Assembly (NCBI RefSeq): GCF_006345805.1
Contig: NC_042997.1
Span: forward strand, 150,474,001-150,538,000
Direction: 5' to 3'
Source: Octopus sinensis
Lineage: Eukaryota
Length of the DNA stretch: 64,000 nt
A program made the translations under genes and the position numbers. This document shows, piece by piece, positions 1-14,910 of this stretch; positions within the stretch are counted from its first letter, which is position 1, and every line of letters begins with the position of its first letter. Below the pieces are notes generated by a model. That model was not told the origin of the DNA. It worked only from the letters and a program-made list of their open reading frames with translations, and searched no databases.

Positions 1-350
1 AATTATGGGGGAAAATTTTCATAAACATTTTTCTAAAATTGTCATAAGCATTTTTCTAAAATTTTGGGGTTAAATTTTCGAAAGATTTCTACAAATGTTC
101 TGGTAACTGATCGTTTTGAGATCTTGTTTGTAATTTTTGGTGATCCATGGTGCAACGAACAACATGGTAAAAATCCCTGCCATAAATTTGGTGTAAATGG
201 GTAATATCAAATAATTCAATCACAACATATATTTAAATTCAACATGGATAAATTGAAATATTATTTTTCAGTATTTTATAAAGTAAAATCTTAAATTATT
301 GACACATTATTACTTATCTTATAACAGCAATGTCTGGAAAAATCATGGAT

Positions 351-652
351 TGCATGGAAAATTGCAAGCATGAAAAATAAGATTCTTAAGATTATAAACC
401 TGGAAAAGTACAGAACAAGTTATTACACCTGTAAGAGTATAGGACAAGCTATTACTTCAAATAAAGAATAAGAAACTTTTTACTTAAAATATTGCAGCTA
501 AAATTAAAATTTGAATATTAAAAATTACTTTTATTATAGTTTTCAAAGTAGTAGTTTGTCCTATACATTTACAGGTTTAATAACTCGTCCCGTACTTTTC
601 CAGGTTTATAATATTAAGAACATTACTTTTCATTCTTGCATTTTTCCATGTA
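351..652. mobile_element. MITE-like fold-back element with ~105-bp imperfect inverted arms
   Basis: Arms ~351-456 and ~547-652. 391-410 ATTATAAACCTGGAAAAGTA is the exact reverse complement of 593-612. Ends read TG|CATGG...CCATG|TA, compatible with a TA target duplication whose left copy has mutated. Confidence 0.6.
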
Positions 653-662
653 TATATATATA

Positions 663-712
663 CTAGCAGAGATTCAATTGAATAATTATAATTTTCTGTT
701 ATATATATATAT

Positions 713-760
<48 letters not shown>

Positions 761-3725
761 GTATATATATATGTATATTAATATAAATACATGACAGTAC
801 ATGAAGTTTGTTAAAAAAAGGGGATCATGTATATACCTCCTGGCTGTTGAGATTATAACACCTCGTTGTAAACAATGTTCCTTGTTTTTCCTTGTTGAGC
901 ATATACAAAAAGTTTTCTTTTGGTTCCTACTCTTGAGCAGCCAACATACAGTTGCCCATGCGAGAAGCAGGGCTCTTCCTAGAGAAGACCAGCTACAGAG
1001 AGGGTTTGACCCTAAGATTTGAGATTTGTTAATGGACATGGCAGAGCTGACACGAAGGAGGAAATGAAGTCTTCTAAATGTAAATTGAATTTCTGCTCCT
1101 GATGGAGTAAGAGGAATTCTTGGAATAAAGACGTCATCACCTTTTCCACATCCAGAAAGAATGATCGCCTCGATAACGTGTGTCATCATTTTCTTTATCA
1201 CCATTCTTGGTGGTACCAGATTGCGGAGTAGCATTAAAGGAGTTCCAATTTTAAGTGCTAATATGTGTGGAGGTAGACCAGGAGGCTCCAGTGAATTGAG
1301 AAATTCAGGAAGATAGTTCACAACTTCATTTCTATCTGGAATTGTATAAACAGACTTGTAAGTGTGTATAGTGCCGGGAAGAGAATGCATTAGCTGTTGA
1401 TTAATTTTGTTAACAGCGACGTTTTTTGGAGCTAATATTGCTCTTTTCCACAGCCAATTGTGATTTTGGTAGTTTTGTGTGAAGTTGGGAAAGACTTCGT
1501 TTTTGAGGTCATCTACAAAATTAACAACAGAGGAAAATGGCCACAATTCCATTTGTCCTGCGGCATCGAGAGGCATCACCTTCACCAAGTGTCAAGATGT
1601 TCTGTGCAAACTTTGTGGACATTTTGTCGCCGTGTAGCTGAGCTCTCATGTTAGTGGTGAGACTGAGGATTGTAACATGATGTCACAGGTGGAGACTTTA
1701 AGCATGCTTGGACTTCATTTGCTCTGGTGCCTTTGGGAATGACAGGATGAGTTTGCCTGAAATCACCTGACAACAGAAGCGTTACACCTCCCATTGGAGC
1801 CTGAGAGTCTCGGATGTCTTTCAGGGCTCTATCTAATGCTTTCAAAGCTCCCTTGTGAGCCATAGTGCACTCATCTCAGAAAATTAGATGACACATTTTA
1901 AGTACTTGTCCCTTATCTGAGCTTTTGTTGATGTTGCATGAAGGAATTTCGGATGCTGCTAAATTGAGAGTAGTTTAAAAGTTGAGTGTGCTGTCCTGCC
2001 ACCGGGTAACAAAGTAACTGCAATGCCAGAGGAGGCTACAGCTACTGCAATGTCCTGATGCTGCCTATCTTCTGCAAGGAGAAGCTTTGTAATAAATGTT
2101 TTTCCTGTCCCTCCAGGAGCATCGAGGAAGAAGATTCGTCCCTCACGTTGGCGTACACTGTTAAGAATAGTTCTGTAGGCCTGCAGCTGGTCCGGAAGTA
2201 ATTTAGGCTCATTTTCAACAATGTACTTTGAAAGTGCTTGAGTATCGTAGGTTGTTTCACGAATGACAGCAGTGGGAAGGCTATTTGACCCTGACCTGAA
2301 TGCTTGTGGCAGGCCATACGTCGACAATTCATTTCCACCCAGTTTAGCAATTCTGTATTCAATTTCAATGAGTGTTTTGTTATAGATTTCATTGCTGATA
2401 CCCTCCATGTCAGGATAGAATAGTTGAGCTTGGCGCTGAAAGTCTTCAGCCAGATTGTCTCTATATTTGAGCCATAGAGTGGCCGGATCACACAGTTCGC
2501 ATGCCTGTAGTAATACTGAAAATAGTGCCCTAAGACTTTTAGGTGATTGTGATAAAGCGGCCTCTCCTAAAGTTGCATCCCATTGTGCACCATCTTCTAA
2601 AAGACCTTGTCGATAGCAGGCTTCTCTGTATGTTGTGCAGACATGTCCATGAACAGTTTTTAGGGCCTGGAAAGACGTTGGCCCTCTGACCTCATGCAGT
2701 AGTAGACGAAGGTAGAAGCACTCTTGTTGAGTGGGATGCACTATTTATACTCGTCCAAGGCAAGTGTGGAACTTAATGCCAGGGTATCCATGAACATTTT
2801 GACCTGCTTTCCGTGGGGCCCATTTTTTTCCCATTCCACGTGTAGTACGATGGAATCTTTGGATGCAGCAAGGTTTGAGCGAATGGATCCACTTGACAAA
2901 GCTTGAAGAATGCAGTGAGTGTGCTATCCCTTGGTTCCCCTACCAACAGAGAAGCGTTAGTATCGGTGAAGTACACTCTTTGACCATTTTCCAGGTGAAC
3001 TGCAAGCTGTTGAATGGCGGGGTGTCGTTGGTGAATTGGAAAGCCAAAGATGCGCCAGAAAGCTTCGTTGCTACTTATGTACCGTCCCACCTGATAATGC
3101 ATCATCTCATCCTGGCAGTATTCTTGTTGAAGTCCAAACATTGCAGCGTCAGAACCCTTGTTTACATATTTGCAAACGTACTTGATGGATTTAACAGAGT
3201 TGCAAAACTCAACGTTGATGTGGGCATTGAAAGTCTTTGACAGGAGTGGGCAGTATGGAACAATTCATCTATTATCAATATCGTGCTATCCGATAGTTAC
3301 TGTGAAACCTCCGTCTTCTGGTTTTCTGCGTCTGTATGATGGATAGCCATCAGCACCTGTCTGAGTTTCTTGTAGGAACCTCCTTGAAAATCTTTTTGAA
3401 CATATGCTGTCCTTCAAGCATCGTGAGTTTATGTTGAATCCACGCCCACATGGACCATGTACCATGTTTGCTTTAACTATTTCGTATAGTTCTTTGTCTG
3501 AAGCTAGATCAGGAAGCTCTGCAGAGATTATGTTGTCGATGTCATTGGAATTGATCTTCGCTGAGAGCCAAAGCATGATATGAGCATGTGGAAGGCTCCT
3601 TTTTTGCCACTCGATTGTGTACATGTCACATTATATGGGCCCAAAGACTTGCCCTTTTTTGTATGAGCTCCATGAGAGAGATTACCTTGAGATGGAAAAC
3701 TCGGGCGTTGAGATTCCGGTTCGAA
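663..3725 (-). mobile_element. Decayed Helitron RepHel, 3' half (Rep motif 2 through PIF1-like helicase), frameshifted
   Basis: ORF fragments: YTIEWQKRSLPHAHIMLW (HUH Rep motif), MVHGPCG and YPSYRRR (3286-3624); YISSNEAFWRIF and LAVHLENGQ (2773-3141); ECFYLRLLLH, DAPGGTGKTF (Walker A) and ASSGIAVTLLPGGRTAHS (1959-2741); LSGDFRQ (1651-1863); PPHILALKIGTPLMLLRNL (686-1588). Candidate 3' CTAG followed by T at 666-663, but no GC-rich subterminal hairpin is visible. Confidence 0.93.
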
Positions 3726-3836
3726 TGTAAGGCAGGTTTGAAAGTGTTCCCAACAGATATTAGTTGTAGTGGTAGAGTGTTTATGCCGAATATGTACGTA
3801 TGCATTTATATATATGTATGCCTGTATATATGTACA

Positions 3837-3951
3837 AAATCCACTGAGAAGGCTTTTGTTGGTCTGAGGCTACAGCAGTAAACACATGCCAAGTCACCAC
3901 ACAGTGGAACTCAACCCATGACTTTGTTACCACACAGCCACACCTGCCCCT
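3837..3951 (-). mobile_element. Decayed 5' fragment of tRNA-derived SINE family A
   Basis: AATCCACTGAGAAGGCTTTTGTTGGTCTGAGGCTACAG...TACCACACAGCCACACCTGCCCCTAT aligns by eye with the head region of full copies at 32276-32735 and 42856-43247. Confidence 0.7.
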
Positions 3952-4139
3952 ATGTATGTGTGTGTGCGTATGTGTGTATGGGCAGATATATTATGCATGT
4001 ATATATGTGTATATATATGTGTACATATTACATGTACATCTATATATATACATCTATACATAAAATACAAAATACAAAGTTATATCTTGATATCGCTAGT
4101 GATAACAGTACTCAAAATATATAACAGACTGGAATTGTA

Positions 4140-4942
4140 GGCCCATCTCTTGCAATTTCGTTTAATTGGATCTTGTCCTCCCTCTTGTATAGAAGTGTAC
4201 GGCTGCAGCGAAATTCGTTTTTGGACTTTCTTCTATCGAAGGCATTTTAACAAAAATGCATCCGTAAAGACGGTGAAAATATTGTCAATTTCCCCAAATT
4301 CAATTTTACCCAATTCAATTTTTAAACAATAACCGAAAGGGGGAAGATTCGCTTTACAATTATTTAACAAATGCAACACAACAACGTTTCCCTGACGAGG
4401 AACCAACAAACGTGATTACAATAGTCAAACAGTAATAATAATAACAAACCATTTTAATTTATCCCCATTTATGTGAAACCACTTATTCAAGTTCAAGTCA
4501 TTGATGCAATTTTATACGAATTGCTAATACACACACACACACATAATAAGGGTGAAAAATTGAATATTAATTTGATTAATATGAATTGAAAACCAGTAGT
4601 ATAGCATATAAGACCATAGTGGATCTTCTTCTAGCAACATGGATGACCATTGTTTATGGTTCATCCTTGTTATATAATACTTTCACTTTAATAGTGAAAG
4701 TGTCTGCATTACAAAAGAGAGATGTTTTTGTTTCACTTTTAACACGTAATACTGAAATAGTGGAAAAGATATGATATTGCAGTGGGGTCGCCCTAGGGAA
4801 AAGTTAAGATTTTTGCCGATGACACTCCCCGGACCTTAAGTAAGGCATGTGTAAAATTTGAGTGCAATTGGTTGTGTAGTTCTCAAGTTTTAGGGAAACA
4901 GACAGACAGACACACATTCTCAGTTTTATATATATATAGAGA
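4140..4942 (-). mobile_element. Helitron-type 5' terminus / non-autonomous Helitron segment
   Basis: Minus strand begins A|TCTCTATATATATATAAAACTGAGAATGTGTGTCTGTCTGTCTG...ACAACCAATTGCACTCAAATTTTACAC. This TC start plus (TA)nAAA and (CTGT)n layout is typical of non-autonomous Helitrons. The left boundary is approximate. Confidence 0.6.
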
Positions 4943-7517
4943 TTTACAAAAATATATTACACGTAAAAAAATATCAAACAACACATTAAAGCAACACCGA
5001 TGTTGAATACAAACATAATTGTACACTCCCATCTAAAGGGAAAATGTTCCATTCAATTGAGGCACACAGAAATGTACTTGATGACACAATATTATCTCAT
5101 ATAAAACTATTCAAAATAAGATAAGGTTGAAATTATTTGAATATTAATATTTCTTTATGTATTCATTTATTTATGATACTGCTGCAAATATTGTGGATAG
5201 TTTGTTAAGGCCTAATCAAATTGCTTTGAACAAGAACACATCTGACCCGATTAATGCTTCTGATGATTCCTTTCTCGTGAAAGGGACACAATGAGCTTGT
5301 TAGAAGTTCAATTGTATACCAACATACTCGCAGTTTTATGAAGGATTCGAGGCGATGTGATTGGAGACTGATGAAGCCGAAGCATGCGCTGAATCTATGG
5401 CATTTTCAATTCTGAATCGTGATGATGTGACGTCGTCGTTTGACCTTTTGTTAATAATTTGTTTCGATATCTCTTTACTTTGATTGAGCTAATATATTTA
5501 ACTACGAATAGAAAAAAAGTGTATTTGTGTAGCCTTTCGATTATTGGTAGACAGATATCTTTAACAAATAAACAAAACAAACCCCTGAAACTTAGACGCT
5601 TTATACTATAAATGTTACAGGAAAAGTATAATCTACTACGTAATATGTGATAGTCTGGGTATCATTGAGGGTAATGTAAGCTTTAATATGCAGAGTATAC
5701 TAAAGGCTGGGGATTGCGGTCAGTTATTAAGATTGATGGCAATCCTACCATGGTAAGTTGCCTCTCGGAGATAATTACTGCTGTACAATAGTGTCTTCCA
5801 TCATGTGTCCGTATTGCAAGAAGTATCTCAATAAACATAAAAGCTGATACATATACATATGCAGAACAAAACGTGCTCAACGGAGTTTTGGCAAAGGAGA
5901 ATAAACGATTTTCATCTGCGTTTATCTGCTGTGGAACAGGAAATGTGGTGGACATTTTAAAACTTTTCCTTCTCGGTCTGATAAATTTTGAAGTGAAAGG
6001 AGTTGGTAGCGAAGTGAAAAGTTCAAGTGAATTTTACTGGGAAGTGAGTGAAACTACTATATTATGTTCGGCAGAACGTGTCTTTTTTAATTGTGCGTTT
6101 TGTTAGCTCAGTGAGAAAAGCTCGAAGCAAACACAACGTAGTTGGGCCAACACCCACTAATTATGGATATCATTGATTGACACCATGTGACTGACTTCTC
6201 TTTTCCTGCTTCATTCATATACACGAAAACATATGTATGTATGTGTAAATGTATGTACGTATGTATGTATGTATGTAGTATGTATGTATGTATGTATGTA
6301 TGTATGTATGTGTACACATACATACATATATATGTGTATATATGTTTATACGTTCATATTTTGGTCATTTTATATATTGATTTTATTTCTTCATTCGATG
6401 TATCTCTTCCCCAGTTTTTGGTTTCAATATCCTCCTCCTCGTTTATCTTACGGCAAATAAAGACATCATTATTAGAATTGTTATTGTTACTATCTAAGTA
6501 AATACAGGATGGTTTAGTTTAATCATTCAAATCAGTAATACACTGTAGGCGAACGAAATTCTCGTTAAATATACAATACTTACACTGTTTCGTAGACTGA
6601 CCACCATCTACTCTAACCCACCATCGCTACTAATTTACAGCAAACACACTATGACGTAAATAAATGTCCAGGTCTTTGAAATAGTACGGTACCATTTATC
6701 ACCATCAGAAATGCAGATATTTTCACCAGTCATCAGACAGTTTAATTGCTCTGAATACTGTGACTCCAAGCTAATAGTTTGAAGGAAACGGAACAAAAGT
6801 TGAAGAACGGAAGAAGCATAAGAAAAATTAAGTATTATAGAAAAATCTGACGTAAACAGAAGCGTATATACAAACAAAGGAAGTAATATCCAAATAATAT
6901 ATTCTACATCCGTAATTGTATAACTTGCCTCAAATATAGCTCCATTGAACTTTACGAAATTTCTTACCAACTGTCTTCATTCCATCATGTTATGGAGAAA
7001 GTATGTCTGCTTTTACATCCGGGTAAACAGCGTAACCGGAAATGTCGTCTATGTTTACAAATATTGTTACACACGTTGAATATTATTCGGTGAAATGCAG
7101 GAAAACCAAACATTACTCGAAGCAATTTTGGTTAGGTTAACCCTTTTTTTACATTGGGACTTCGAAGTCATTCAGTAGTGGCGGTATTTATATAATAAAT
7201 ATTTCTTGATTTAGGAATAACTCCAGAAATTTGGTAGGATATAGTAGAACACATCATATTACAGGTAACTCAAAATTAGTAAATGCCTTCGATCTGGGAG
7301 TGTTATACCATTGAGTGCTTCATTTTCACCCCATTAGCAGATTTCCTACATAAAAATTTGATGTAAAGCAATTAGAATCAGAATTTCTCATTCGCCTTTT
7401 TGTCCAGGTTTTCTATCATGGCAGTCTTGGCGCTTTACAGCCATATATTTTTCACCAGCCTTCTAGTTCCTCTAATAATCCTATTATCTAGCTGAATAAC
7501 CTTCCAGTCTTAGGGTA

Positions 7518-7860
7518 AAGGGGTAAAGACCCCCTTCGGTCATGAATGACCATGGGATTGCACCTAGAAAGTTACCTTCCTAGATACAACTCCGGGCAAG
7601 GTTGTTTATGGAAGGCCAGCAGTCGCCCATGCATACCAGCCTCCCCTCTCCACGCCACCAGTGTTATCCAAGGGAAAGACAAAGGTCGATACAGCTTGGC
7701 ACCAGTGACGTCGCAACTCATTTCTACAGCTGAGTGAACTGGAGCAACGTGAAATAAAGTGCCTTGCTCGAGAACACAACAAGCAGCTCGGTCCGGGATT
7801 CGAGCTCACAACCTCACGATCGTAAGCTCGACGCTCTAACCACTGAGCCATACGCCTTCA
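7518..7860 (-). mobile_element. Full-length tRNA-derived CORE-type SINE (family B) with 13-bp target-site duplication
   Basis: Minus-strand head GAAGGCGTATGGCTCAGTGGTTAGAGCG...AGCTCGAATCCC (A/B boxes), then CORE-like CTCGAGCAAGGCACTTTATTTCACGTTGCTCCAGTTCACTCAGCTGTAGAAATGAG. Direct repeat CAGTCTTAGGGTA at 7505-7517 and 7861-7873. Confidence 0.9.
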
Positions 7861-9309
7861 CAGTCTTAGGGTATTGTGATAAAATTTATGCATCACGATG
7901 GGGGAGCATGTTATAAGTTAATATTTTTGTTGGAAGGAATTAATGGGATTGGGGTTTCCTATCCCAGAAGCAAATGATATCTTCATTGCAACTTGTTTAC
8001 CGCTTTATCAAATGCTGCTTCTCTACAACCATGATTATGAGTCGAGTATTACAGTCAGGAATCGAAACCTTTGCCAACCCAGTGTGCTTTCCTATTGCTA
8101 GCAATACTGAACATATTGATCAGTTTGTTAGAAATCATTATGTACCATACTGGAGGTGTTCTATTCTTTTTACATAGTGTATTCTACTACGCAGGACATT
8201 TTTATGATGTAAATTAGAACTGATAAATCGTTAGCATTCAGATTTATATTGTTGATACACCTTCTAGTTTTAAATGACGTAGCGAGTGTTTGTAGAATCT
8301 GACAATATTTTCTGGAAATACTTTATTCAATTAAATGTTTTTACGTATTTTTAATTACTTTATATTGTCTACTTTAGACAGATTTTATTAATATTTTTTC
8401 GCATCCAATGTAACTTTTATTCTTGCTTGATATTGTAAAACATTTTGAAGAGCCTTTTACATGTTATTTATCCTTTTTCAGGGACTAGCCGATGTGCCTT
8501 TCTGTATGCTTTATAGTTTCTCATAAACCATTGCATCTCTGGGGTTGCTGTTTGTATTTGTTTTATTTCTTTCGTTGAACCAATAATGTTATACTATTCA
8601 GTAGTGGAAATATCTATACAATAAATTTGTTTCTTTTCGTTGAACCAATCATTTTATACTCGTAGTCTAGTTTGAAATATGCGTATACTTTGCTATATTT
8701 TGATATATAAAGCCATAATGCTCTAGATGGTCCAGAGTTTTGATTCAAATGGCAGCTATGCTTAAGCAACAGCCTTAGATCTTCAATTTGCCTTGTAACA
8801 TTATACACAAACATATGTGTGTGAGTGTTTCTGTGCGTGTGTCTGTGTGTGTGTGTGTCTGTGTGAATACCAGTGTGTGTGAGTGTATACGTGTATGCAT
8901 GTGTATGCGTGCGTGTGTGTGTATATATATATATAATGAGTGAGTCAACCCAAATTGAGGTTGTTGCTTCAATGTGAATTGTCTATTATTTCTATCAGGT
9001 CACTCGACCAGCTAGAGCATTATGATCGCACTAATGGATTTCCTGAAACGTAGACGCAGAGAAATAGTTGGAAACACATGTATTTTTTTCATAGAAACTC
9101 ATTACGTTTTAAGATCGATAACTCGTTTTACATTTTAATTGCTTATAGAAGAATCAAATATTTGGCGATAGATGAGTGCGTGAGTGTGAGGGAGTGTATT
9201 CAGATAGATATCCCCGCAAGTAGGCCTTGTAAAATGTGTGTGGGCGTAAATTTATACCCACGCTCTACATTAATTCTCTTATACGCTGACATACGCTCAA
9301 CCCTACCAT

Positions 9310-9790
<481 letters not shown>

Positions 9791-10300
9791 GACTGATGCC
9801 AACAAATAAGTTTTTATTCCCATTATGACTGTTTACCAATTAGCTTCCATTTTTACAAAATAAAATTTTTAAATAATAATAATAATACCAACAGGAACAA
9901 TAATAATAATAGCAACAGGAACAATAACAATGATAGCTATAATTGGAATCATTATGACAAAGGAATACTAAACAAAAAAATTGAAAATCTCAAAAGAAGT
10001 AAATTTTCTAAAAATGTTGCCGTTTTCTCTCTATGTTTAATACTTTCAGATTATAATTTAATTCCTGATAAAATCCATTCAATTTCTGAATTATTTCAGA
10101 AGTTAAAGATTAATGTCCATTTATATATAACCTTGGTCATTTTACCCTTTTGATTTGAATACACAACTAAATGCACATATATACAAACACATACACACAC
10201 AGACATACACTCACATATCACACACACATATATGTTTGTATTTATACAGTGATACATAGATACATACACCCACATATATATATGCGTGTGCAAACATATA

Positions 10301-10413
<113 letters not shown>

Positions 10414-10707
10414 CACACACACATACATATCTATATCTGTGTGGGTGGGTGTGTACATACCTACATTTGTGTGTGTGCTTGATTTTATATGGAAATGAAA
10501 GTATGCATATGAACATATATATTTTTTATCTGAAATATATTAAATTACTCGTTATCGACAAAGTTCAGTGTGGAATTACTTACAATCACATGCATTCATA
10601 CATATGCATACTCTCATACACATAGTCACATAATTATTCATAGATTTCAAGTGCTCACTATATTAAATATATTCACATTAATGTGATAAATGTGTTTATG
10701 TAGATAT

Positions 10708-10767
<60 letters not shown>

Positions 10768-11949
10768 ACATACATGCAAGCATACATTCGTACGTAAATG
10801 TCGGCATATATTATGTATGCATAAATATAATTTCAGTGAATCAATTATAAGAAACAAAAATCAATACAATTGATAATATACCAGATATGTTGATAGGGCT
10901 TTGATTTCATGTTGTTTAACTCATTCAAGAAGATCAGAGTATTTGAGTGTTTTTCAGATCATATTAGCTTATGTCTCCGGATTAATCTGATGTGGCATGG
11001 TGACCAGGTCGTATGTAGTGCCCAGATCGGCTGTAGTTACCAGCATCTTTTACACAGCCTTGAGCAATAATATTTGTTGTGCATAAATACAAATATTATT
11101 TGGTGCTCATTAGATAGCTAGTGGGCGTACTATCGAAGTGAAGGGGAAAGCAACTTCGTCATACCTTGCATTTTGGGCTCCATAGAGAAGAATGCGTATG
11201 TATATGGCTCAATGATAGCTGGTTCCGCTGATTTGGGAATATATGATTATACTATTGTGGAGTTCTTAATGCTCAGGTAGGAACTATAGTTTCACATATC
11301 GCTTTCAGCAAAACAAAATGCGTGTGAACAGTTCATCTATATTCTGAGAAGAGTGGTGCTAAATACGATACTCTAGGATCTACAGGAGGAGATTCTGTTA
11401 AATGAAAACTTAATGAATGAAAACTTAAATTCTTTCACAGCAGCGTTTGTTGAAAAGTGTAATACAGTAAGAGAAGAGCTCAAGATAACCCCACTGTCAA
11501 AATACATACACTATAGCGACCAGCTCTCTACTAACGCACAAACAAGGTAGTGCCCTAAGTATTGTAAGGAAATGCAGTTCACTGACAATGTACTTCAAAA
11601 TGTATTTTGGTAACATAGCTACATAACATCGAACTTGGCAACAAACCTTTATTCAACCATGATGCAGCAGATAGACTATAGTTTCAGATCGGATCATTTA
11701 CCAAGGATGAGGCGACAGGAAGCCTAACATTTTTTTAAAAGATGCAACCGGTCACTTCACGATATCGACATTTATCACTACCAATGAAAAATGATATCCA
11801 CCAGTAGTAGAACTATATAAGAAGTGTGCCTTCACATCCTGCCTATAATGAGCTATTACAAATCCGATATTTTTAATAAAATTGTATCTCGTAGTGATCA
11901 TATTCTTGAACAGAAACAAGGCGGCTAACACAGAGGTAAAATAAGTTTG

Positions 11950-11965
11950 CATGAATGTATGAAGG

Positions 11966-11999
<34 letters not shown>

Positions 12000-12125
12000 T
12001 GTGTATGTATGTATGTATGTATGTATGTATGTATGTATGTATGTATGTGTGTATGAACGTATGTATGTATGTATGTATGTATGTATGTATGTATGTATGT
12101 ATGTATGTATGTATATATGTATCTA
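11950..12125. repeat. (TATG)n tetranucleotide microsatellite
   Basis: Directly visible. Confidence 0.95.
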
Positions 12126-12325
12126 TACATGATTCTGACTGTGTGTGCCTATGGATGTATAACTGAATGTAAGTAATAAAAGACTACACTGTGTGATGTT
12201 TAAATTCCTATGAATATTCCTTGTTTCTAGAAACAACCTTTCTCTCCATCTGAGGAGAAATTCAGAGATTAAAAACCAGAGAAAACATGCATACTTGCAC
12301 ATACACACACAGATACAAACATACG

Positions 12326-12362
<37 letters not shown>

Positions 12363-12589
12363 GTGTGCGCGTGTCTGCGCGTGTATGTATAAATGTACGT
12401 ATACACTCCACAATTTTTCCCTCTCGTTTCAAAAGCAAAGGCAAAATAGAAGAAAATATATACATATAAACTCATGAATACATACAAAAATGCATACATG
12501 AAAGCATTATGTGTAGCCCTAGCCTTGCTTATGATTATCTGAACACATACAGAGATCCCTATATGTAGGCATACATGCATATATATATA

Positions 12590-12639
<50 letters not shown>

Positions 12640-13479
12640 TCATGTGTATATACATATACATATATACATATACATACATAATGCAGGCATACATGCACAC
12701 AAACATATATACATACATACATACATATATACATACATACCTGAGTGCAGAGATGATACTTATATTTTTCTCTTCTGCTAGTTGTAGAAGATCTAAGTTT
12801 CTATTTTGAGTTTACGCGGTTGTTTTCCTGTGCGCCAACCAGTGAATACATATATGTATACATTTTAGTTATTTATACATTTTTTGAGAAAAAAACAGAA
12901 AATGCAAGAATTGGGATTAGGATAAAGTACTAAAAATATTGTATTTTTGAAAGTTCAATTCAGGATTATCAAAAGGTTCCCAACCAGCTACATACGTGTT
13001 TATGGATTTCACCTTTATCTCCAGAGCTTCACAAATTTTTCATAATTTCTCTAATATAATTATTTTATGTACACAGCAAGGCTTTTGTTTCTTATACTAA
13101 CATCTCTGATCGAATTTTTGTTCGCAGCAAGGAAGCTTTAATGTCCGACGTCATTACAATTGAACTGGTTTCATACTCGTAAATATTGGATGGAACAATG
13201 AGAAAGCATTGTTCTGTCGAGTATTTACTTGCATCAACTATATATGTTGTTGACTTAAAGGTGTTAGTTGATTCTTAAATAAACTTTGAATGAAAACAAT
13301 ATATTTTCCCATACACGATACATCTAAACCTAATTAAAATATGTTTTTTCTGTAACTCGAAGAAAAGGAAACTGATGCGCATATATGAGTATATCTCCAT
13401 AAATATATATACGCACTTTGACAAGTGTTACGTTTATATATGTGTAAGTGTGTGAGTGTGGGTGTATATATATATAGAG

Positions 13480-13977
13480 ATATATAGATAGCTAAATACA
13501 CAGATAGATAGGTAGATGGAGACATATATAGATAGATAGATAGAAAAGTGCATACATACATACATAAATATATCCATCCATACATACATTCATACATATA
13601 CACACACACATGAACAGTTACATACATACATACATACATACATACGTACGTACATACATACATACATACATACGTACATACATACATACATACATACATA
13701 CATACATACATACATACATACATACTTACATACTTACACGTAAACACTCGCTAAAACAATGGAAAGCCAACTGCCAGCGCAGGTGGATGACAGAATGTTA
13801 ATCTATGTCAACTATTTCGTTCGGTAAATAACAATATGGCGACCAAAGTAGAAAAAGAATAGTTTATGAAAATAGATGTGAATATACTTGTGCTTTTGCA
13901 TTCAAGTGTGTTTGTGTGGAAAGATATGTATGTATATAAATACATATAAACATATATATATATATATATATATATAC

Positions 13978-14008
<31 letters not shown>

Positions 14009-14125
14009 GAGAGCGAGAGAGAGAGAAGAGAGCGAGCGTGAGACAGACAACCATATATATATATAAATATATATGTGCATATATATGTATATATATATAT
14101 GTATATATATATATGTATATATATG

Positions 14126-14214
<89 letters not shown>

Positions 14215-14215
14215 A
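13480..14215. repeat. Compound microsatellite field: (GATA)n, (CATA)n, (TA)n, (GA)n
   Basis: Directly visible, interrupted by a short unique stretch at ~13740-13920. Confidence 0.9.
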
Positions 14216-14355
14216 ATATGTGTAAATGAAGGTTGTCTGTAAAATATGTTGCATATTTCATATATTTGTTCGAAAGAAATGATTCACATCAGAGCGCTTG
14301 ATAGAATAAACGTATTTGTTGCCTGGAGGCGCCAATGCGTATAACATATATATAT

Positions 14356-14757
14356 GAGTGGCTGTGTGGTAAGTAGCTTGTTTACCAACCACATGGTCCC
14401 GGGTTCAGTCCCACTGCGTGGCACCTTGGGCAAGTGTCTTCTACTATAGCCTTGGGCCGACCAAAGCCTTGTGAGTGGATTTGGTAGACGGAAACTGAAA
14501 GAAGCCCGTCGTATATATGTATGTATACATATATATGCGCGTGTGTGTTTGCGTGTCTGTGTTTGTCCCCTAGCATTGCTTGACAACCGATGCTGGTGTG
14601 TTTATGTCTCCGTTACTTAGCGGTTCGGCAAAAGAGTACGATAGAATAAGTACTGGGCTTACAAAAGAATAAGTCCCGGGGTCGAGTTGCGCGATTAAAG
14701 GCGGTGGTCCAGCATGGCCGCAGTCAGATGACTGAAACAAGTAAAAGAGTAAAGAGT
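14356..14757 (+). mobile_element. tRNA-derived SINE family A, near full length
   Basis: Head GAGTGGCTGTGTGGTAAG...GGTTCAGTCCC, then ACCTTGGGCAAGTGTCTT, an internal TA/TG microsatellite, and tail GACTGAAACAAGTAAAAGAGTAAAGAG. Confidence 0.9.
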
Positions 14758-14854
14758 ATATATATATATATATACATGTATGTATATATATATATATATA
14801 TATAATACACATATATAAATATAATATATATACACACATATATATGTATATATA

Positions 14855-14910
<56 letters not shown>

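Noticed and set aside
5262-5400. Two CTGATGA motifs followed by small hairpins
   Set aside because: Neither has GAAA after stem II or a valid stem III and cleavage triplet.
6635-6970. 111-aa hydrophobic ORF (GPCR- or protease-like at first sight)
   Set aside because: No diagnostic motif, non-ATG start, and no consistent splice-phase partners.
7780-7860. tRNA-like sequences (also at 51700-51777 and 51957-52030)
   Set aside because: No acceptor stem, and each continues into a SINE body, so they are SINE heads rather than tRNA genes.
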